Assembly: GCA_963733035.1 (NCBI GenBank)
Contig: CAVTBU010000010.1
Coordinates: forward strand, 128,001 to 192,000
Source of the DNA: Pirellulales bacterium
Lineage (GTDB): Bacteria; Planctomycetota; Planctomycetia; Pirellulales; PALSA-1355
Length of the DNA: 64,000 nucleotides
Direction: 5' to 3'
Positions 10,244 through 20,784 of the stretch are shown here, in pieces. Below the pieces are notes generated by a model that did no database searches, was not told the origin of the DNA, and saw only the letters and a list, made by a program, of their open reading frames with translations. The translations under genes and the position numbers were made by a program. How positions within the stretch are numbered: the stretch's first letter is position 1; each line of letters starts with the position of its first letter.

Positions 10244-10710
10244 AACCGTTTGCCTTTCGTCTCGACGGCCTACTGAAATTGCGCATCGCCCAGCGCGACG
10301 TCGAGCGCGTCGACCTGGCGGCCGCACTTGCCGAGCAGGTTCGGCTGACCGCTCTGTGCCATGCGCTGCAAACGCAATTGTCGCGCCTGCTAGCCGAACA
10401 GCGTACCGCGCGGATTGCCGGTACCGTGCTGCTTGAGTCGCTGGTCCGATTAGAGCACTTCGCAGCAGCCACACGGAGTAAGCTCGCCGCGGCCAACGGA
10501 GCTCGGATCGCGGCAGAGCAGCGAGTGGCCCATTGTCAGCATGCGGTGGCAGCAGCCGAACGCGACGTTGACGTGCTCGAAAAGCTGCGCGAGCAAGCGC
10601 AGGTTCGCCATCAAAGGGAACTCGCACGCCGACAGGTCAAGCGGCTCGACGAGGTTGCCGGGCAATGTTTTGTCCGTGCGGCGGTGCGGTCATCCGGCGG
10701 ACCACGCTAG
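10240..10710 (+). CDS. fliJ: FliJ-like stalk protein
   Basis: MKPFAFRLDGLLKLR start, coiled coil, LEKLRE...LDE end; ATGA overlap with fliI. Confidence 0.8.
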   Translation: MKPFAFRLDGLLKLRIAQRDVERVDLAAALAEQVRLTALCHALQTQLSRLLAEQRTARIAGTVLLESLVRLEHFAAATRSKLAAANGARIAAEQRVAHCQHAVAAAERDVDVLEKLREQAQVRHQRELARRQVKRLDEVAGQCFVRAAVRSSGGPR

Positions 10711-10960
10711 CATCACGGTGCTGGAGCTAGTCCACTGGCCGGCGGTATTTCGCGATCTGACCTTGATCGAAAATTGCTTTTCGAGGACAAACCCGCCCGA
10801 CTCTGGCCCAGGCACATCTCGCCAGAGTTGTCGTTCGACAACACATATCCTTTTGCAAATCGTCCACGCGTATCTGGCGCATTGCCGCCGCGCGCTTTGC
10901 GGGTGATTCGATCCGCTGGCCGCACGCCGACATGTGGCAGCCGTGGCAGGATTCAATAGC

Positions 10961-11209
10961 ATGGTCGATCGCATGCCATCGCCGCGCGGCGACAGGAATT
11001 TAAGAATTGAATTGGGACGGGCGCGGCTGCCGTGGCAGGAGTTTACGAAGTTAGCCAAGGGGAGCGTGGTTTCGCTGGAGACGCTGGTGGACGAGCCCGT
11101 CGATATCGTCGTGGGTGGCCGGCTGGTGGCCAAAGGCGAGGTGCTCGTGCTTGACGGTTGCTTTTGCATTCGCGTTACGCAGTTGCTCGGTGGCAAGGGA
11201 GCCGCTTGA
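10961..11209 (+). CDS. fliN: FliN/FliM-C SpoA-domain protein
   Basis: IELGR, GSVVSL, EPVDIVVGGRLVAKGEVLV. Confidence 0.88.
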   Translation: MVDRMPSPRGDRNLRIELGRARLPWQEFTKLAKGSVVSLETLVDEPVDIVVGGRLVAKGEVLVLDGCFCIRVTQLLGGKGAA

Positions 11210-11261
11210 GCGCAAGTTCGAAGTCCGAAGGCACCCGTGGGTGCGATGAGGAGGTGGCAGG

Positions 11262-12017
11262 ATGCCACGCGTCGCAAGCTTGCTGATGTTAGGGCTGGTG
11301 CTAACGGCATTCGCAGCTGGTGGTGCCGCCGGACAGAGTCCCGCTCAAAGCGGCGGGCAGGTCCGTTGGGGCGACCGGCCGGTGAGCCCACCGCAAATCC
11401 CATGGACGGGCGGTACCGCGGTTGCCCGGCCCGTCGAACCACCGCGGCTCTTGCCCGCGGGATATCAATCGCCGCCCGGAGGGGCGAGTAATACGGCGGC
11501 ATATCGCCGCCAGGTGCGCACGGTGGGCGGTCAACAGCCGCTGCCGCTGCCGCCTCAGCCAGGCGGCGTGGCGGCGCCAGGAGCCAAACCGCAGCTGCCT
11601 CCGCTGGTCACAGGCGCGGCCAGCCTGGGCATCGTGTTAGGGCTGTTTTTATTGGTGGTGTGGAGCGTACGGCGCGGGATGCCCAGGGGCTCGGGCATAC
11701 TACCCAGCGGGGCCGTTGAAGTGCTGGGACGCGCGCCGATCGCGGGCCGACAAAACGTGCACCTGGTGCGCTGCGGCAACAAGATCGTGTTGCTGAGCAT
11801 TACGGCGACCAGTGTTGAGACGCTGACCGAGATTTCGGACCCCGACGAGGTCGATCGACTGCGCGAACTTTGTCGCCAAACTTCCGCGCCGGCCACGGCG
11901 TGGCAGCATCTGATGGGCCGACTTGGCAACCTGGGGCAAGGCGTCGACATTCAGGAAAGGCGGCCGGACCAAATCGATTTCGGCCACCTCGAAGTCGGCA
12001 CTCAAACTCGGGCTTGA
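11262..12017 (+). CDS. fliO: FliO-like export scaffold
   Basis: Pro-rich N-terminus, one TM, VEVLGRAPIAGRQNVHLVRCGNKIVLL; position between fliN and fliP. Confidence 0.78.
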   Translation: MPRVASLLMLGLVLTAFAAGGAAGQSPAQSGGQVRWGDRPVSPPQIPWTGGTAVARPVEPPRLLPAGYQSPPGGASNTAAYRRQVRTVGGQQPLPLPPQPGGVAAPGAKPQLPPLVTGAASLGIVLGLFLLVVWSVRRGMPRGSGILPSGAVEVLGRAPIAGRQNVHLVRCGNKIVLLSITATSVETLTEISDPDEVDRLRELCRQTSAPATAWQHLMGRLGNLGQGVDIQERRPDQIDFGHLEVGTQTRA

Positions 12018-12025
12018 GGAGCGGC

Positions 12026-13105
12026 ATGACCATGAGCCAATTCTTACGACCGAAGAAAAGCGGCTGGCCGTTGGCCGGCGGGCTAGTCGCGCTTTGTGTT
12101 TTCGCATTGGTGTTGTGCTGGGCGCATTGCGCGGTGCGCGCGATGCCGATGGCGCAAGAGCCTGCCGCGGTGGAAGCCCCGCCGGTGGTTGCGCCTGTGT
12201 CGACGGCGGCTGCCGCGATGCCGAGTCCGCCGGGAGTGCCACCGATCAAGCCCGTTCCGCTGGAAACGAAAACGGACCAAGCGCACGGGGGCGAATCGGA
12301 GCTGCTGTCGCCACCAGGCACCGATCTTTCGGCCCCACAACCGATTGAAAACGCCGCTCAGCTACCGACGGATCCGCCGTCCGCTCAAGATGCCCACCAA
12401 TTTTCCTTGCCGGGCGGCCTTGGCGGACCGGAGCAGTGGACGAGCCCCGAGGGAATTTCCTCGGCCCTGCAAACGCTGGCGCTGTTGACAGTCGTCAGCC
12501 TGGCACCGGCGGTGCTGATGATGACTACTTGTTTCGTGCGAATTGCCATCGTCCTGGGGCTGTTGCGACAGGCGCTTGGCACGCAGCAGCTGCCTTCGAA
12601 CCAGGTTGTGACGTCGCTGGCGCTCTTCATGTCGCTCCTGATTATGGCGCCGGTTTGGAACCAGGTTTATGAAGACGCCGTGGTGCCGTACGCCGCGCAC
12701 GAGATCTCGCTGCACCAGGCCTGGGATACGGGCATCAAGCCGGTTCGCGGATTCATGAGCGCGCAGATCGAGCGGACAGGCAATAGCGGCGACGTGTGGT
12801 TGTTCTACAAATACTTGCCGGCCGACACGCCGGCACCGTCGAGCTACAACGACGTGCCGCTGACGGTACTTATGCCGGCCTTCATGCTCAGCGAACTGAA
12901 GACGGCGTTTCTGATCGGCTTTCAGGTGTTCCTGCCGTTTCTCGTGATCGACCTGGTCGTTTCGAGCGTGACGATTTCGATGGGCATGTTCATGGTTCCG
13001 CCCGTGCTCGTCTCGTTGCCGATGAAGTTGCTGCTATTCGTACTGGTCGATGGCTGGCACCTGGTCGTGGGGATGTTGATGGATAGCTTCCAACTTGTTG
13101 CCTGA
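12026..13105 (+). CDS. fliP: Export gate protein FliP with Pro-rich N-terminal extension
   Basis: LLRQALGTQQLPSNQV, PAFMLSELKTAF, MGMFMVPP, KLLLFVLVDGW. Confidence 0.95.
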   Translation: MTMSQFLRPKKSGWPLAGGLVALCVFALVLCWAHCAVRAMPMAQEPAAVEAPPVVAPVSTAAAAMPSPPGVPPIKPVPLETKTDQAHGGESELLSPPGTDLSAPQPIENAAQLPTDPPSAQDAHQFSLPGGLGGPEQWTSPEGISSALQTLALLTVVSLAPAVLMMTTCFVRIAIVLGLLRQALGTQQLPSNQVVTSLALFMSLLIMAPVWNQVYEDAVVPYAAHEISLHQAWDTGIKPVRGFMSAQIERTGNSGDVWLFYKYLPADTPAPSSYNDVPLTVLMPAFMLSELKTAFLIGFQVFLPFLVIDLVVSSVTISMGMFMVPPVLVSLPMKLLLFVLVDGWHLVVGMLMDSFQLVA

Positions 13106-13116
13106 GGTTCGCGCGA

Positions 13117-13383
13117 ATGAATCCCCAAGATGCCGTCGATTTGGGTCGCCAGGCCACCAACATAGCCTTGATGTTGGGAGGTCCGGTGCTGCTTTCGGCG
13201 CTGGTCGTGGGACTGATCGTGGGTTTGCTACAGGCGGCCACTGGCGTGCAGGAACAAACCGTGTCGTTCGTACCCAAGCTGGTGGCCGTGGTGGTTGCAC
13301 TCAGCCTGATGCTGCCCTGGCTGATCGAGCAGATGGTGCAGTATTCGCATGACGTGATTACGAACATTCCGCTGTCGCTCTAG
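13117..13383 (+). CDS. fliQ: Export gate protein FliQ
   Basis: QAATGVQEQTVSFVPK. Confidence 0.95.
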   Translation: MNPQDAVDLGRQATNIALMLGGPVLLSALVVGLIVGLLQAATGVQEQTVSFVPKLVAVVVALSLMLPWLIEQMVQYSHDVITNIPLSL

Positions 13384-13394
13384 GTGCTGGCCCG

Positions 13395-14174
13395 ATGTTA
13401 CCGCTGGTCGAATATCTACACGACCACCTGGCCGTGATTGCCCTGGTACTGACTCGCGTCGCGGCGCTCGTGTTCGTGGCGCCGCTGTTGGGGCCGTTCG
13501 CCGTTTCGTGGCGCATTCGGGCGGGCCTGACGGTGGCCGTGACGGCCCTGGTGGTGCCGCTGGAGATCGAACGAGCTACGAGCCCGCCGGAGAATCTCGG
13601 GCAGTTTTTGGTGCTGGCCGGCGGCGAGGCACTGGTCGGGCTGATGTTGGGACTCGGCGTGCGGATTTTGTTTTCCAGCATGCAGGTCGCCGGACAATTG
13701 ATCAGTCAGATGAGCGGCCTGCAGTTGGCCGAAGTGTTCAGTCCGGCAATGGGGTCCAGCGTGCCGGTATTTTCGCAGTTGTTGCTGTTGGTGAGCACGG
13801 CGGTGTTCTTTCTGATCGGCGGTCATCGGCAAATGATCGAGGCCTTGCTTGACAGTTTCGCCTGGTTGCCCTCCGGGCAGGCGGCCGCCTCTCGTTCCGC
13901 ACTCGACGCGGTTACGGCCCTCGTTTCGCAGAGCTTCATCCTGGGGCTGAGGATCGCCGCGCCGGCGGTCGTGGCGCTGCTTTTGTCCACGTTGATCGTG
14001 GGCTTTATCAGCCGCACGCTGCCGCAATTGAACAGCCTGTCGCTGGGGTTCGGCATCAACGCCTTGGTGGCGGTGGCGGCCGTTGGGCTGTCGCTGGGTG
14101 GCGCTTGCTGGATCTTTCAGGAAACGCTTGGCCCCGTGCTGCAAACGGCGCTTGAGTCGTTACATCCGCAATAA
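13395..14174 (+). CDS. fliR: Export gate protein FliR
   Basis: Polytopic membrane protein, AGQLISQMSGL, GGHR, SRTLPQLN. Confidence 0.93.
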   Translation: MLPLVEYLHDHLAVIALVLTRVAALVFVAPLLGPFAVSWRIRAGLTVAVTALVVPLEIERATSPPENLGQFLVLAGGEALVGLMLGLGVRILFSSMQVAGQLISQMSGLQLAEVFSPAMGSSVPVFSQLLLLVSTAVFFLIGGHRQMIEALLDSFAWLPSGQAAASRSALDAVTALVSQSFILGLRIAAPAVVALLLSTLIVGFISRTLPQLNSLSLGFGINALVAVAAVGLSLGGACWIFQETLGPVLQTALESLHPQ

Positions 14175-14201
14175 TTTTCCAATCATCGAGAGCCGAATAC
14201 G

Positions 14202-15068
14202 ATGGCCGATGACGCCGATAAAACGCAGGCTCCCACAGTGCGCCGCCGTCAACAGGCACGCGAGGCGGGGCAAGTCGCGCACAGCCAAGATCTCAGTTCG
14301 GCACTCCTGCTGTTGGGCTGTTTCACGCTGGTGGTCACCACCGGCGGTGCGCTGGTTGCGTTCCTGATGGAACTGCTGCAATCAAGCCTGGGAGGTAGTG
14401 CGTGGCGGGCCGGGCTCGAATCGAACGCCACGCGCGAAACGTTTCTCGCGCAGTGGCACATGCTGGTGGCGTCGCTCGGCGAGCGGTTGCTGCCGGTGTT
14501 GGCGGGGGCGACCCTGTTGGCGCTTGGCGTCCATTGGTTGCAAACCGGCTTCATTTTTTTGCCGGCCCGGGCAATGCCGGACTTTTCACGGGTCAATCCG
14601 GCGAAGGGTTTCGGACGCATGTGGTCGGGAGAGAATTTTTCGCGGCTGCTGTTTGGCCTGTTCAAGGTGGTGGTGGTGGCGGCCGTTGGTCTGGCGGGCG
14701 CGTGGAGCCGCCGCAATGAGATCGCGGCGCTCGCCGGAGTCGACCTACCGGAGTTGGCATCCGACGCTTGGGAAATCTGCCTTTGGTCGTGCGTCGAAAT
14801 GGGCGGCGCGCTGCTTGCGCTATCGGCGCTCGACTATCTCTACCAGCGCGCGAGCCTGGAACGGTCTCTGCAGATGACGCCGCAGGAAGTTCGCGAGGAA
14901 ATGCGCGAGCTGCAAGGCGATCCGCAAATCGCCGCCCGGCGCCGGCAAATCGCTCGTCGCACAGGGGGGCAGCAGGATAGCGGCGCGAAAGGGGAAACGC
15001 ATCCCACAGATCGCCGGGCGATCGCGACTTCGCCGGCCCAGATCGGCGCCGTCGATTCGATTCGTTAG
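14202..15068 (+). CDS. flhB: FlhB-like export switch protein, C-terminally truncated
   Basis: KTQAPTVRRRQQAREAGQV, four TMs, MTPQEVREEMRELQGDPQI; no NPTH motif. Confidence 0.88.
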   Translation: MADDADKTQAPTVRRRQQAREAGQVAHSQDLSSALLLLGCFTLVVTTGGALVAFLMELLQSSLGGSAWRAGLESNATRETFLAQWHMLVASLGERLLPVLAGATLLALGVHWLQTGFIFLPARAMPDFSRVNPAKGFGRMWSGENFSRLLFGLFKVVVVAAVGLAGAWSRRNEIAALAGVDLPELASDAWEICLWSCVEMGGALLALSALDYLYQRASLERSLQMTPQEVREEMRELQGDPQIAARRRQIARRTGGQQDSGAKGETHPTDRRAIATSPAQIGAVDSIR

Positions 15069-15084
15069 GCGAAGCCGCGTCCGA

Positions 15085-16245
15085 TTAGCCCGCGGTTTGG
15101 GCCGGCGTGGGCTGGCAGTAGCCATAGTGACGCATGTGAGGTCCCCAGCGCTCGTCGATTTTGCTTCGCAAGTCGTCGGGAATGTCGTAGCTGCCGATGC
15201 GATAGTTCTGCCGATCTTTGAAGTATTCTTCGAGCTTGGGCCGCGCCGTCTCGAATTCGCCCAATTCCAGATGTTCGTATAAGGCCTGCATCCGGCCGAT
15301 CGGATCACGCACCAGGTCTTCGTAGCGAACCTCGAAAAACCTTGCTGGGTCCAACAACTCGCGATCGCGATCGAAGGCCTGATACATCATCTCGAAGCAG
15401 GAAAAGACATATTCTTCCAACTGATCGTGCCGGGCTTCCTGCAACGCTTCGAATTTGTAAAGCGTCTTCCAGAGCTTCACGGTCGAGCCGAAGAGCGGAT
15501 ACGGATCGCGCACGATGTGCACGAAGCGAGCATCCGGAAACAATTCGAGCAGCGTCTTGATACGCCCGGTATGTGGGGGCGACTTGAGAATGATTCGCTT
15601 GGGGCTGCGAAACGTGACGCGCTTCAAAAACCACTCGAGCCCCTGTTTCCATGCGGCGAGGTCCCGGTCGCTGAGCCCCTCGAGCGTCAGGTACTGCTGG
15701 TAGTCGGTCGACTCGTTGGGGAAGGCCATCTTCAAATACGGGGATGGCAAGCCCATGTTGCACAGCGCGAATTCGTCTTCCTGCGGCTTGTCAAAGCCGG
15801 CGGCCATGTGGTCCATCGGCCGCTTCGAAGGGAGCAGGAATTTGAACTTGGTGAGGAACCAGTCGCTGATCAGAAAATGGTTGGGCACCAGGCACTGGTA
15901 GGTCGTCGGAAACGTGTATCGCCCGTCGAGCACCATCAGCTCATGCAACAGCGTGGTGCCCGAACGCCAATGACCGACGATGAAGATCGGCGCGTCCTTG
16001 ATTTGCATCCGCTCCAGGTGCCGCTTGAGCAGGAGCTCTTGGAGCGGCTTGAGCGTGGAGTTCATCAGCGATGCGCCAGTGACCGTGGCGGCCAGCCCCC
16101 ATTTGGTCAGGCCGATCCGGAACTTGTTTCGGGCCAGTAGCCTGATCCAAGTGCCGAAGCCCATGCCGTGCCAAAAGCGGGCGTGCCAGAAGTGATAAGG
16201 GTTCACTTCGACGCGTTTCGACTTTGGATCGGCGCTGGTTGCCAT
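15085..16245 (-). CDS. Sulfotransferase family protein
   Basis: PIFIVGHWRSGTTLLH PAPS-binding motif, LKSPPH, HIVRDP, RYEDLV. Confidence 0.88.
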   Translation of the reverse strand: MATSADPKSKRVEVNPYHFWHARFWHGMGFGTWIRLLARNKFRIGLTKWGLAATVTGASLMNSTLKPLQELLLKRHLERMQIKDAPIFIVGHWRSGTTLLHELMVLDGRYTFPTTYQCLVPNHFLISDWFLTKFKFLLPSKRPMDHMAAGFDKPQEDEFALCNMGLPSPYLKMAFPNESTDYQQYLTLEGLSDRDLAAWKQGLEWFLKRVTFRSPKRIILKSPPHTGRIKTLLELFPDARFVHIVRDPYPLFGSTVKLWKTLYKFEALQEARHDQLEEYVFSCFEMMYQAFDRDRELLDPARFFEVRYEDLVRDPIGRMQALYEHLELGEFETARPKLEEYFKDRQNYRIGSYDIPDDLRSKIDERWGPHMRHYGYCQPTPAQTAG

Positions 16246-16480
16246 GAGTTTCTCCGCGGTTGCATGCCGTTCGGCACCGGCTCGTCCGTCAAAGACACGT
16301 AGTCGAGCGGTCGCCGCCGGCAAGCGCGCCGGCTCAAGGGGCGATGCGTCCTCCGCGGACCCGCGCGTCGGACCTCCGCCGTCTGCCGGATGGAATGTTG
16401 CCAGCGTCAAAGATAACAGTCTCCGTTCGAGAGGGCCACCGCCGCAGGGGCGTCTTGCCCGAGGCCGTTTTTCATCGTTT

Positions 16481-17002
16481 TTATTGCAAATCGCCCGCGC
16501 TGGCGTCGCTTCGCCGTGCCACGTGCTGCAGTGCTGCCTGCATGGCCATCATCACCTGGTGCCCTGGCTTCTTGCCGACCACCCGTTCCAGCGGTACACC
16601 CCGCGGTGAGAGGAATTGGATCGTGGGATAGCCGGTCACCTGAAATTGCCGGCAGACTTCCGGTTCGACGTCGGCATCGATCAGGACACAGACAAATTGG
16701 TTGGAAAGACTAACGACCTGCGGGTGCGTAAAGGCTTCCTCGGCCATCTGCCGGCAATACTCGCACCATTTGGCCGTGAAGTACAACAGCATGGGCTTCG
16801 ATTGCCGTACACTTTCGGCGTAGCCCTGGCGGTATCCGACGACGAACTGCAGTTCGCCGTGCGCCAAATAACTGGCTCCCACGGCGCGGCCATCTGCCGG
16901 ACGTTGTTCGACGGCGCTGTCTGGTGTCTCGACACCAAGCTCACAGCCGTACTTGAGGGCCAGCAGTGCTAGCAAACAAGCCCCGAACGCAAAGTATTTC
17001 AT
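16481..17002 (-). CDS. Exported thioredoxin-family protein
   Basis: FTAKWCEYC, GYPTI cis-Pro motif, hydrophobic N-terminus. Confidence 0.85.
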   Translation of the reverse strand: MKYFAFGACLLALLALKYGCELGVETPDSAVEQRPADGRAVGASYLAHGELQFVVGYRQGYAESVRQSKPMLLYFTAKWCEYCRQMAEEAFTHPQVVSLSNQFVCVLIDADVEPEVCRQFQVTGYPTIQFLSPRGVPLERVVGKKPGHQVMMAMQAALQHVARRSDASAGDLQ

Positions 17003-17499
17003 GATGCTTTGGGGAAATCGATAGAACGGCGGGGCACAGTGGCAAGGTGGCGTCGCGCGGCAGGTAAACGGGCGGATGACAACGAGGCGCGCACGCAACA
17101 TATCGTCGCGCCGAGAAAGTGAACTTGAGCGAGCTGCGACGATCGGTACCGAACGGCGTCCCGAATGCCGCATGATTCCCCCCTGGCTCTCATGCGGAGC
17201 CGTGTACCATTGGAAGGTGCAGCAACACGAGTTGCGTCGCAACTTCGGCGGTCTATCGATGCAATCAGGGGGTTGGTGGCTGGGCTGTCCAAACTATGAA
17301 AATCTCGCAAGGGCTATTTCCCCCAGAGGTGGGCATCGGTGCGACTGCACTTGGGCGTGCTAGCGGCCTATTTCCCGGTTCGCGTGGGCGCAAGACCGAC
17401 CTGGACACTGGCACGGGGTTTCAGTAACTTCCCGCCTCCTTTCTGCCACACGCACCTCGTCGTTCTGACAACACCGTTTACCGCCGGAATCGAATTCGG

Positions 17500-19593
17500 A
17501 TGGCTACCGCTGCCGTGCCACGCGTGCCCCGTTCGCTAGCGCAGGTGCAAGACCTCGTCTTGCCCGTCGCTGCGATTGCTAGCGTGCTGGTGATTCTGGT
17601 GCCGCTGCCGACACCGGTGATGGACTTACTGCTAGCGGCCAACATTGCAGTGGCCGTGATCGTTCTGTTGACGACGATCTACGTCCGCACGCCGCTGGAG
17701 TTCAGCGTGTTTCCGACGTTGCTTTTGGCCACCACGCTCTCGCGGTTGGTGCTCAACGTGGCCACCACGCGGCTGATTCTGAGCGACGCGGGTGATCGCG
17801 GCCTGATGGCGGCCGGCGGTGTGGTGCGCAGTTTCGGCGAGTTTGTGGCAGGCGACAAAATCGTCGTGGGGCTGGTGATCTTCGCGATTATCGTCGTGAT
17901 TCAGTTCGTGGTGATCACGAAAGGCGCCACCCGCATCAGCGAAGTTGCGGCCCGGTTTGCACTGGATGGCATGCCGGGGCGGCAAATGGCCATCGATGCG
18001 GATCTGGCGGCCGGCAACATCAGCGAGAAACAAGCCCAGACGCGTCGTCAGGAAGTGACCCAACAGGCCGACTTCTTCGGCGCCATGGACGGTGCCAGCA
18101 AATTCGTCCGCGGCGACGCAATCGCGGGCATCATCATCACGCTGATCAACATCCTGGGCGGACTGGTTATCGGCATTGTCGAATATCGGATGGGCATTGG
18201 CGAAGCCGCCGATTTGTTCACCCGCCTGACCATCGGCGATGGTTTGGTCAGTCAGATTCCCGCGTTCTTGATTTCGCTGGCTGCCGGCTTATTGGTGACG
18301 CGCAGTTCCTCGAGCGTCAACCTGCCGGTTCAATTTCTGAACCAACTGTTTTCACGCCCGCAAACGCTGGCCGTGACGGGCGTCTTTCTGGGTCTGTTAA
18401 TTTTCACGAAACTGCCGGCGGTGCCGCTGGTGGGATTGGGAGGCGGTTGTGTCGGACTGGCCATGCTACTCACCCGTCGCCAGCACGAAGCCGAAGCATT
18501 GGCCCGACAACAGGCGGCGGTGCCCCAGAAGCTGCGCGATCAGCGCGTCGAGGACTACCTGGCCGTTGACCCGATGGAAATCGAGATCGGTGCCGGCTTG
18601 ATTCGGCTGGCCGACCCGAAGCGTGGCGGAGATCTGCTCGACAGGATTCAACGTTCGCGCCAGGCGATTGCGGCCGAGATGGGGCTGATCATGCCCAAGG
18701 TTCGAATCCGCGACAATCTGCGGCTCGGCGCGCGGCAATATCGCATCAAGATCGCCGACCTGCCGGTTGCCGAAGGCGAATTGCAGCCCGCTATGTTGCT
18801 GGCCGTCGATTCCGGCAATGCCAGCGGAAACATCAGCGGACTGGCGACGCGCGATCCGGCGCACGGCATGCCCGCCACCTGGATCGAGCCGTCGGCGCGA
18901 CAACAGGCCGAGTCACAAGGCTATCACGTTGCCGAACCGATTAGCGTATTGGTTAACCACCTGACCGAGACCGTGCGGTCGCACGGCGACGAAATACTGA
19001 CGCGGGACGCGACTCGGCACCTGGTCGATGAGCTCAAGAAGACGTCGCCTACGGTGGTTGACGAGCTGATTCCCGACCAGATGAAGCTGGCCGAGGTGCA
19101 GCAGGTGTTGCAGCTCTTGCTGCGCGAGCAAGTGCCCATCCGGCAACTCGCGAGCATCCTCGAAGCGTTGGGCGAAGAGGTCTCGCGCACCAAGGATCCG
19201 ATCGCGCTTAGCGAACGAGTGCGGCACCGGCTGGCCCGGGCCATTTCGACGCGGTATCGCGACAAGCATGGACGGCTGGCCGTTGTCACGCTCGACCCGG
19301 CACTGGAGGAGCGAATTCGGGCCGCGACACAGCGCGTCGGCGGAACGCTTACGGTTTCGCTCTCACCGCAAGTCGTCGAGACTCTTTGTCAAAGGTTAGC
19401 CGGTGAGTTGGCGCGGCATGCCGGCTCCGGACGAACAGCCATCGTGTTGGTCAGCCCGGCGATACGACCGGCGCTCAAACAAATCACGATGGCCGCGCTG
19501 CCGCGTTTGGTCGTGCTGAGCTACGACGACGTGACACGCGACACGCAATTGGAATCCTTGGGATTGGTCGAATTGGAATCCGTCGACGAATGA
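17500..19593 (+). CDS. flhA: Export apparatus protein FlhA
   Basis: KGATRISEVAARFALDGMPGRQMAIDAD, FFGAMDGASKFVRGD, full cytoplasmic domain. Confidence 0.96.
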   Translation: MATAAVPRVPRSLAQVQDLVLPVAAIASVLVILVPLPTPVMDLLLAANIAVAVIVLLTTIYVRTPLEFSVFPTLLLATTLSRLVLNVATTRLILSDAGDRGLMAAGGVVRSFGEFVAGDKIVVGLVIFAIIVVIQFVVITKGATRISEVAARFALDGMPGRQMAIDADLAAGNISEKQAQTRRQEVTQQADFFGAMDGASKFVRGDAIAGIIITLINILGGLVIGIVEYRMGIGEAADLFTRLTIGDGLVSQIPAFLISLAAGLLVTRSSSSVNLPVQFLNQLFSRPQTLAVTGVFLGLLIFTKLPAVPLVGLGGGCVGLAMLLTRRQHEAEALARQQAAVPQKLRDQRVEDYLAVDPMEIEIGAGLIRLADPKRGGDLLDRIQRSRQAIAAEMGLIMPKVRIRDNLRLGARQYRIKIADLPVAEGELQPAMLLAVDSGNASGNISGLATRDPAHGMPATWIEPSARQQAESQGYHVAEPISVLVNHLTETVRSHGDEILTRDATRHLVDELKKTSPTVVDELIPDQMKLAEVQQVLQLLLREQVPIRQLASILEALGEEVSRTKDPIALSERVRHRLARAISTRYRDKHGRLAVVTLDPALEERIRAATQRVGGTLTVSLSPQVVETLCQRLAGELARHAGSGRTAIVLVSPAIRPALKQITMAALPRLVVLSYDDVTRDTQLESLGLVELESVDE

Positions 19594-19638
19594 TCGAGTT
19601 GTGTTAACCACTAGCGGAAAGCCGCAGGCGGCTTCGCC

Positions 19639-20775
19639 ATGAACGTCAAGACTTATCGCGCCAAAACGATGCAGGAAGCACTGGCCCTGGTGCGCAACGA
19701 CCTGGGGTCCAAAGCCTCCGTATTGCGCACTCGCGAGATTCGTCCGCGGGGCCTGTCGCGTTTGTGGAGCGCGGTTGGCATGATCGAAGTCGTTGCCTCG
19801 GCGAATGTGTCCGTACCGAGTCGACTGCCAAGCCGGCAGCCAATTATGTCGCCCGTTGCCGTGCCGGCAACACACGCGGGCCTGGATCTTTCGGCGGCAT
19901 CTTCGGAAGTGCGATTGCCACAAGGTTCTGCGGCACGTTCGGGCGGAGACAAGCACGAGCCGTTGGGCGTCCTCTCGCAGGTTCTGGCCGAGCTGCTGGC
20001 CACGGGACTCGACGAGTCTTATGCCCGAGAGCTGATCACGCGCGTTCGTCGTTTGCACGGCGAAGCGATGGTGGCCGACTCGGCAACGATGCGGCAGTTG
20101 TTGGCTGCCGCCATTGAAAAGGAGATTCGGGTCGCGGGCCCGATCTCGACGACGCCCGGGCAGAGACGTTTGGTGGCTCTGGTTGGCCCAACCGGCGTGG
20201 GCAAGACGACGACGCTGGCCAAGTTGGCGGCACACTATCGGGTGTTTGAGAATCGCCGCATCGGTTTGATCACCTGCGACACGTATCGCGTGGCCGCCGT
20301 CGAGCAACTGCGGACGTATGCCGACATTATCGACGTGCCGCTGGAAATCGCCTCCACGCCGCGTGAAGTCAAACAGGCCGTGGCGCGGATGTCGGACGTT
20401 GACCTGGTGCTGATGGATACCGCCGGTCGCAGTCCGCACGACGCGGCAAGAATTCAGCAGCTCAACCTACTCCTGTCCGAGGCAGCGCCCGACGAAGTTC
20501 ACCTGGTCCTTTCCAGCGCGGCTAATGCGGACGGCCTATGCGAGACGATCGAACGATTCGCACCTGCTCGTACGACCGCGCTGCTGCTAACCAAACTGGA
20601 CGAAGTCGCATCGTTGGGAAGCGTGTTCAACGTAATTCGACGTCGGCACATACCGCTTAGCTACCTGACGTATGGTCAGGACGTGCCGGCCGATATTGTC
20701 GTGGCCGATCCCGCACCGCTGGCGCGGGCGGTGGTCGGATTGGTCCGGCTGGCCGGACATCAACCTCCCCGTTAG
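19639..20775 (+). CDS. flhF: SRP-family GTPase FlhF
   Basis: KTYRAKTMQEAL, GPTGVGKTT, DTYRVAA, DTAGR, TKLDE, GQDVP. Confidence 0.93.
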   Translation: MNVKTYRAKTMQEALALVRNDLGSKASVLRTREIRPRGLSRLWSAVGMIEVVASANVSVPSRLPSRQPIMSPVAVPATHAGLDLSAASSEVRLPQGSAARSGGDKHEPLGVLSQVLAELLATGLDESYARELITRVRRLHGEAMVADSATMRQLLAAAIEKEIRVAGPISTTPGQRRLVALVGPTGVGKTTTLAKLAAHYRVFENRRIGLITCDTYRVAAVEQLRTYADIIDVPLEIASTPREVKQAVARMSDVDLVLMDTAGRSPHDAARIQQLNLLLSEAAPDEVHLVLSSAANADGLCETIERFAPARTTALLLTKLDEVASLGSVFNVIRRRHIPLSYLTYGQDVPADIVVADPAPLARAVVGLVRLAGHQPPR

Positions 20776-20784
20776 CACAAAACT

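Noticed and set aside
10774..10959. 61-aa ORF between fliJ and fliN
   Set aside because: No recognisable motif or RBS; no similarity to FliK/FliL/FliM visible
5803..15068. Injectisome-type non-flagellar T3SS
   Set aside because: FliG, FliO, FlhF, FlhG and FliA mark flagellar ancestry; no secretin or needle genes
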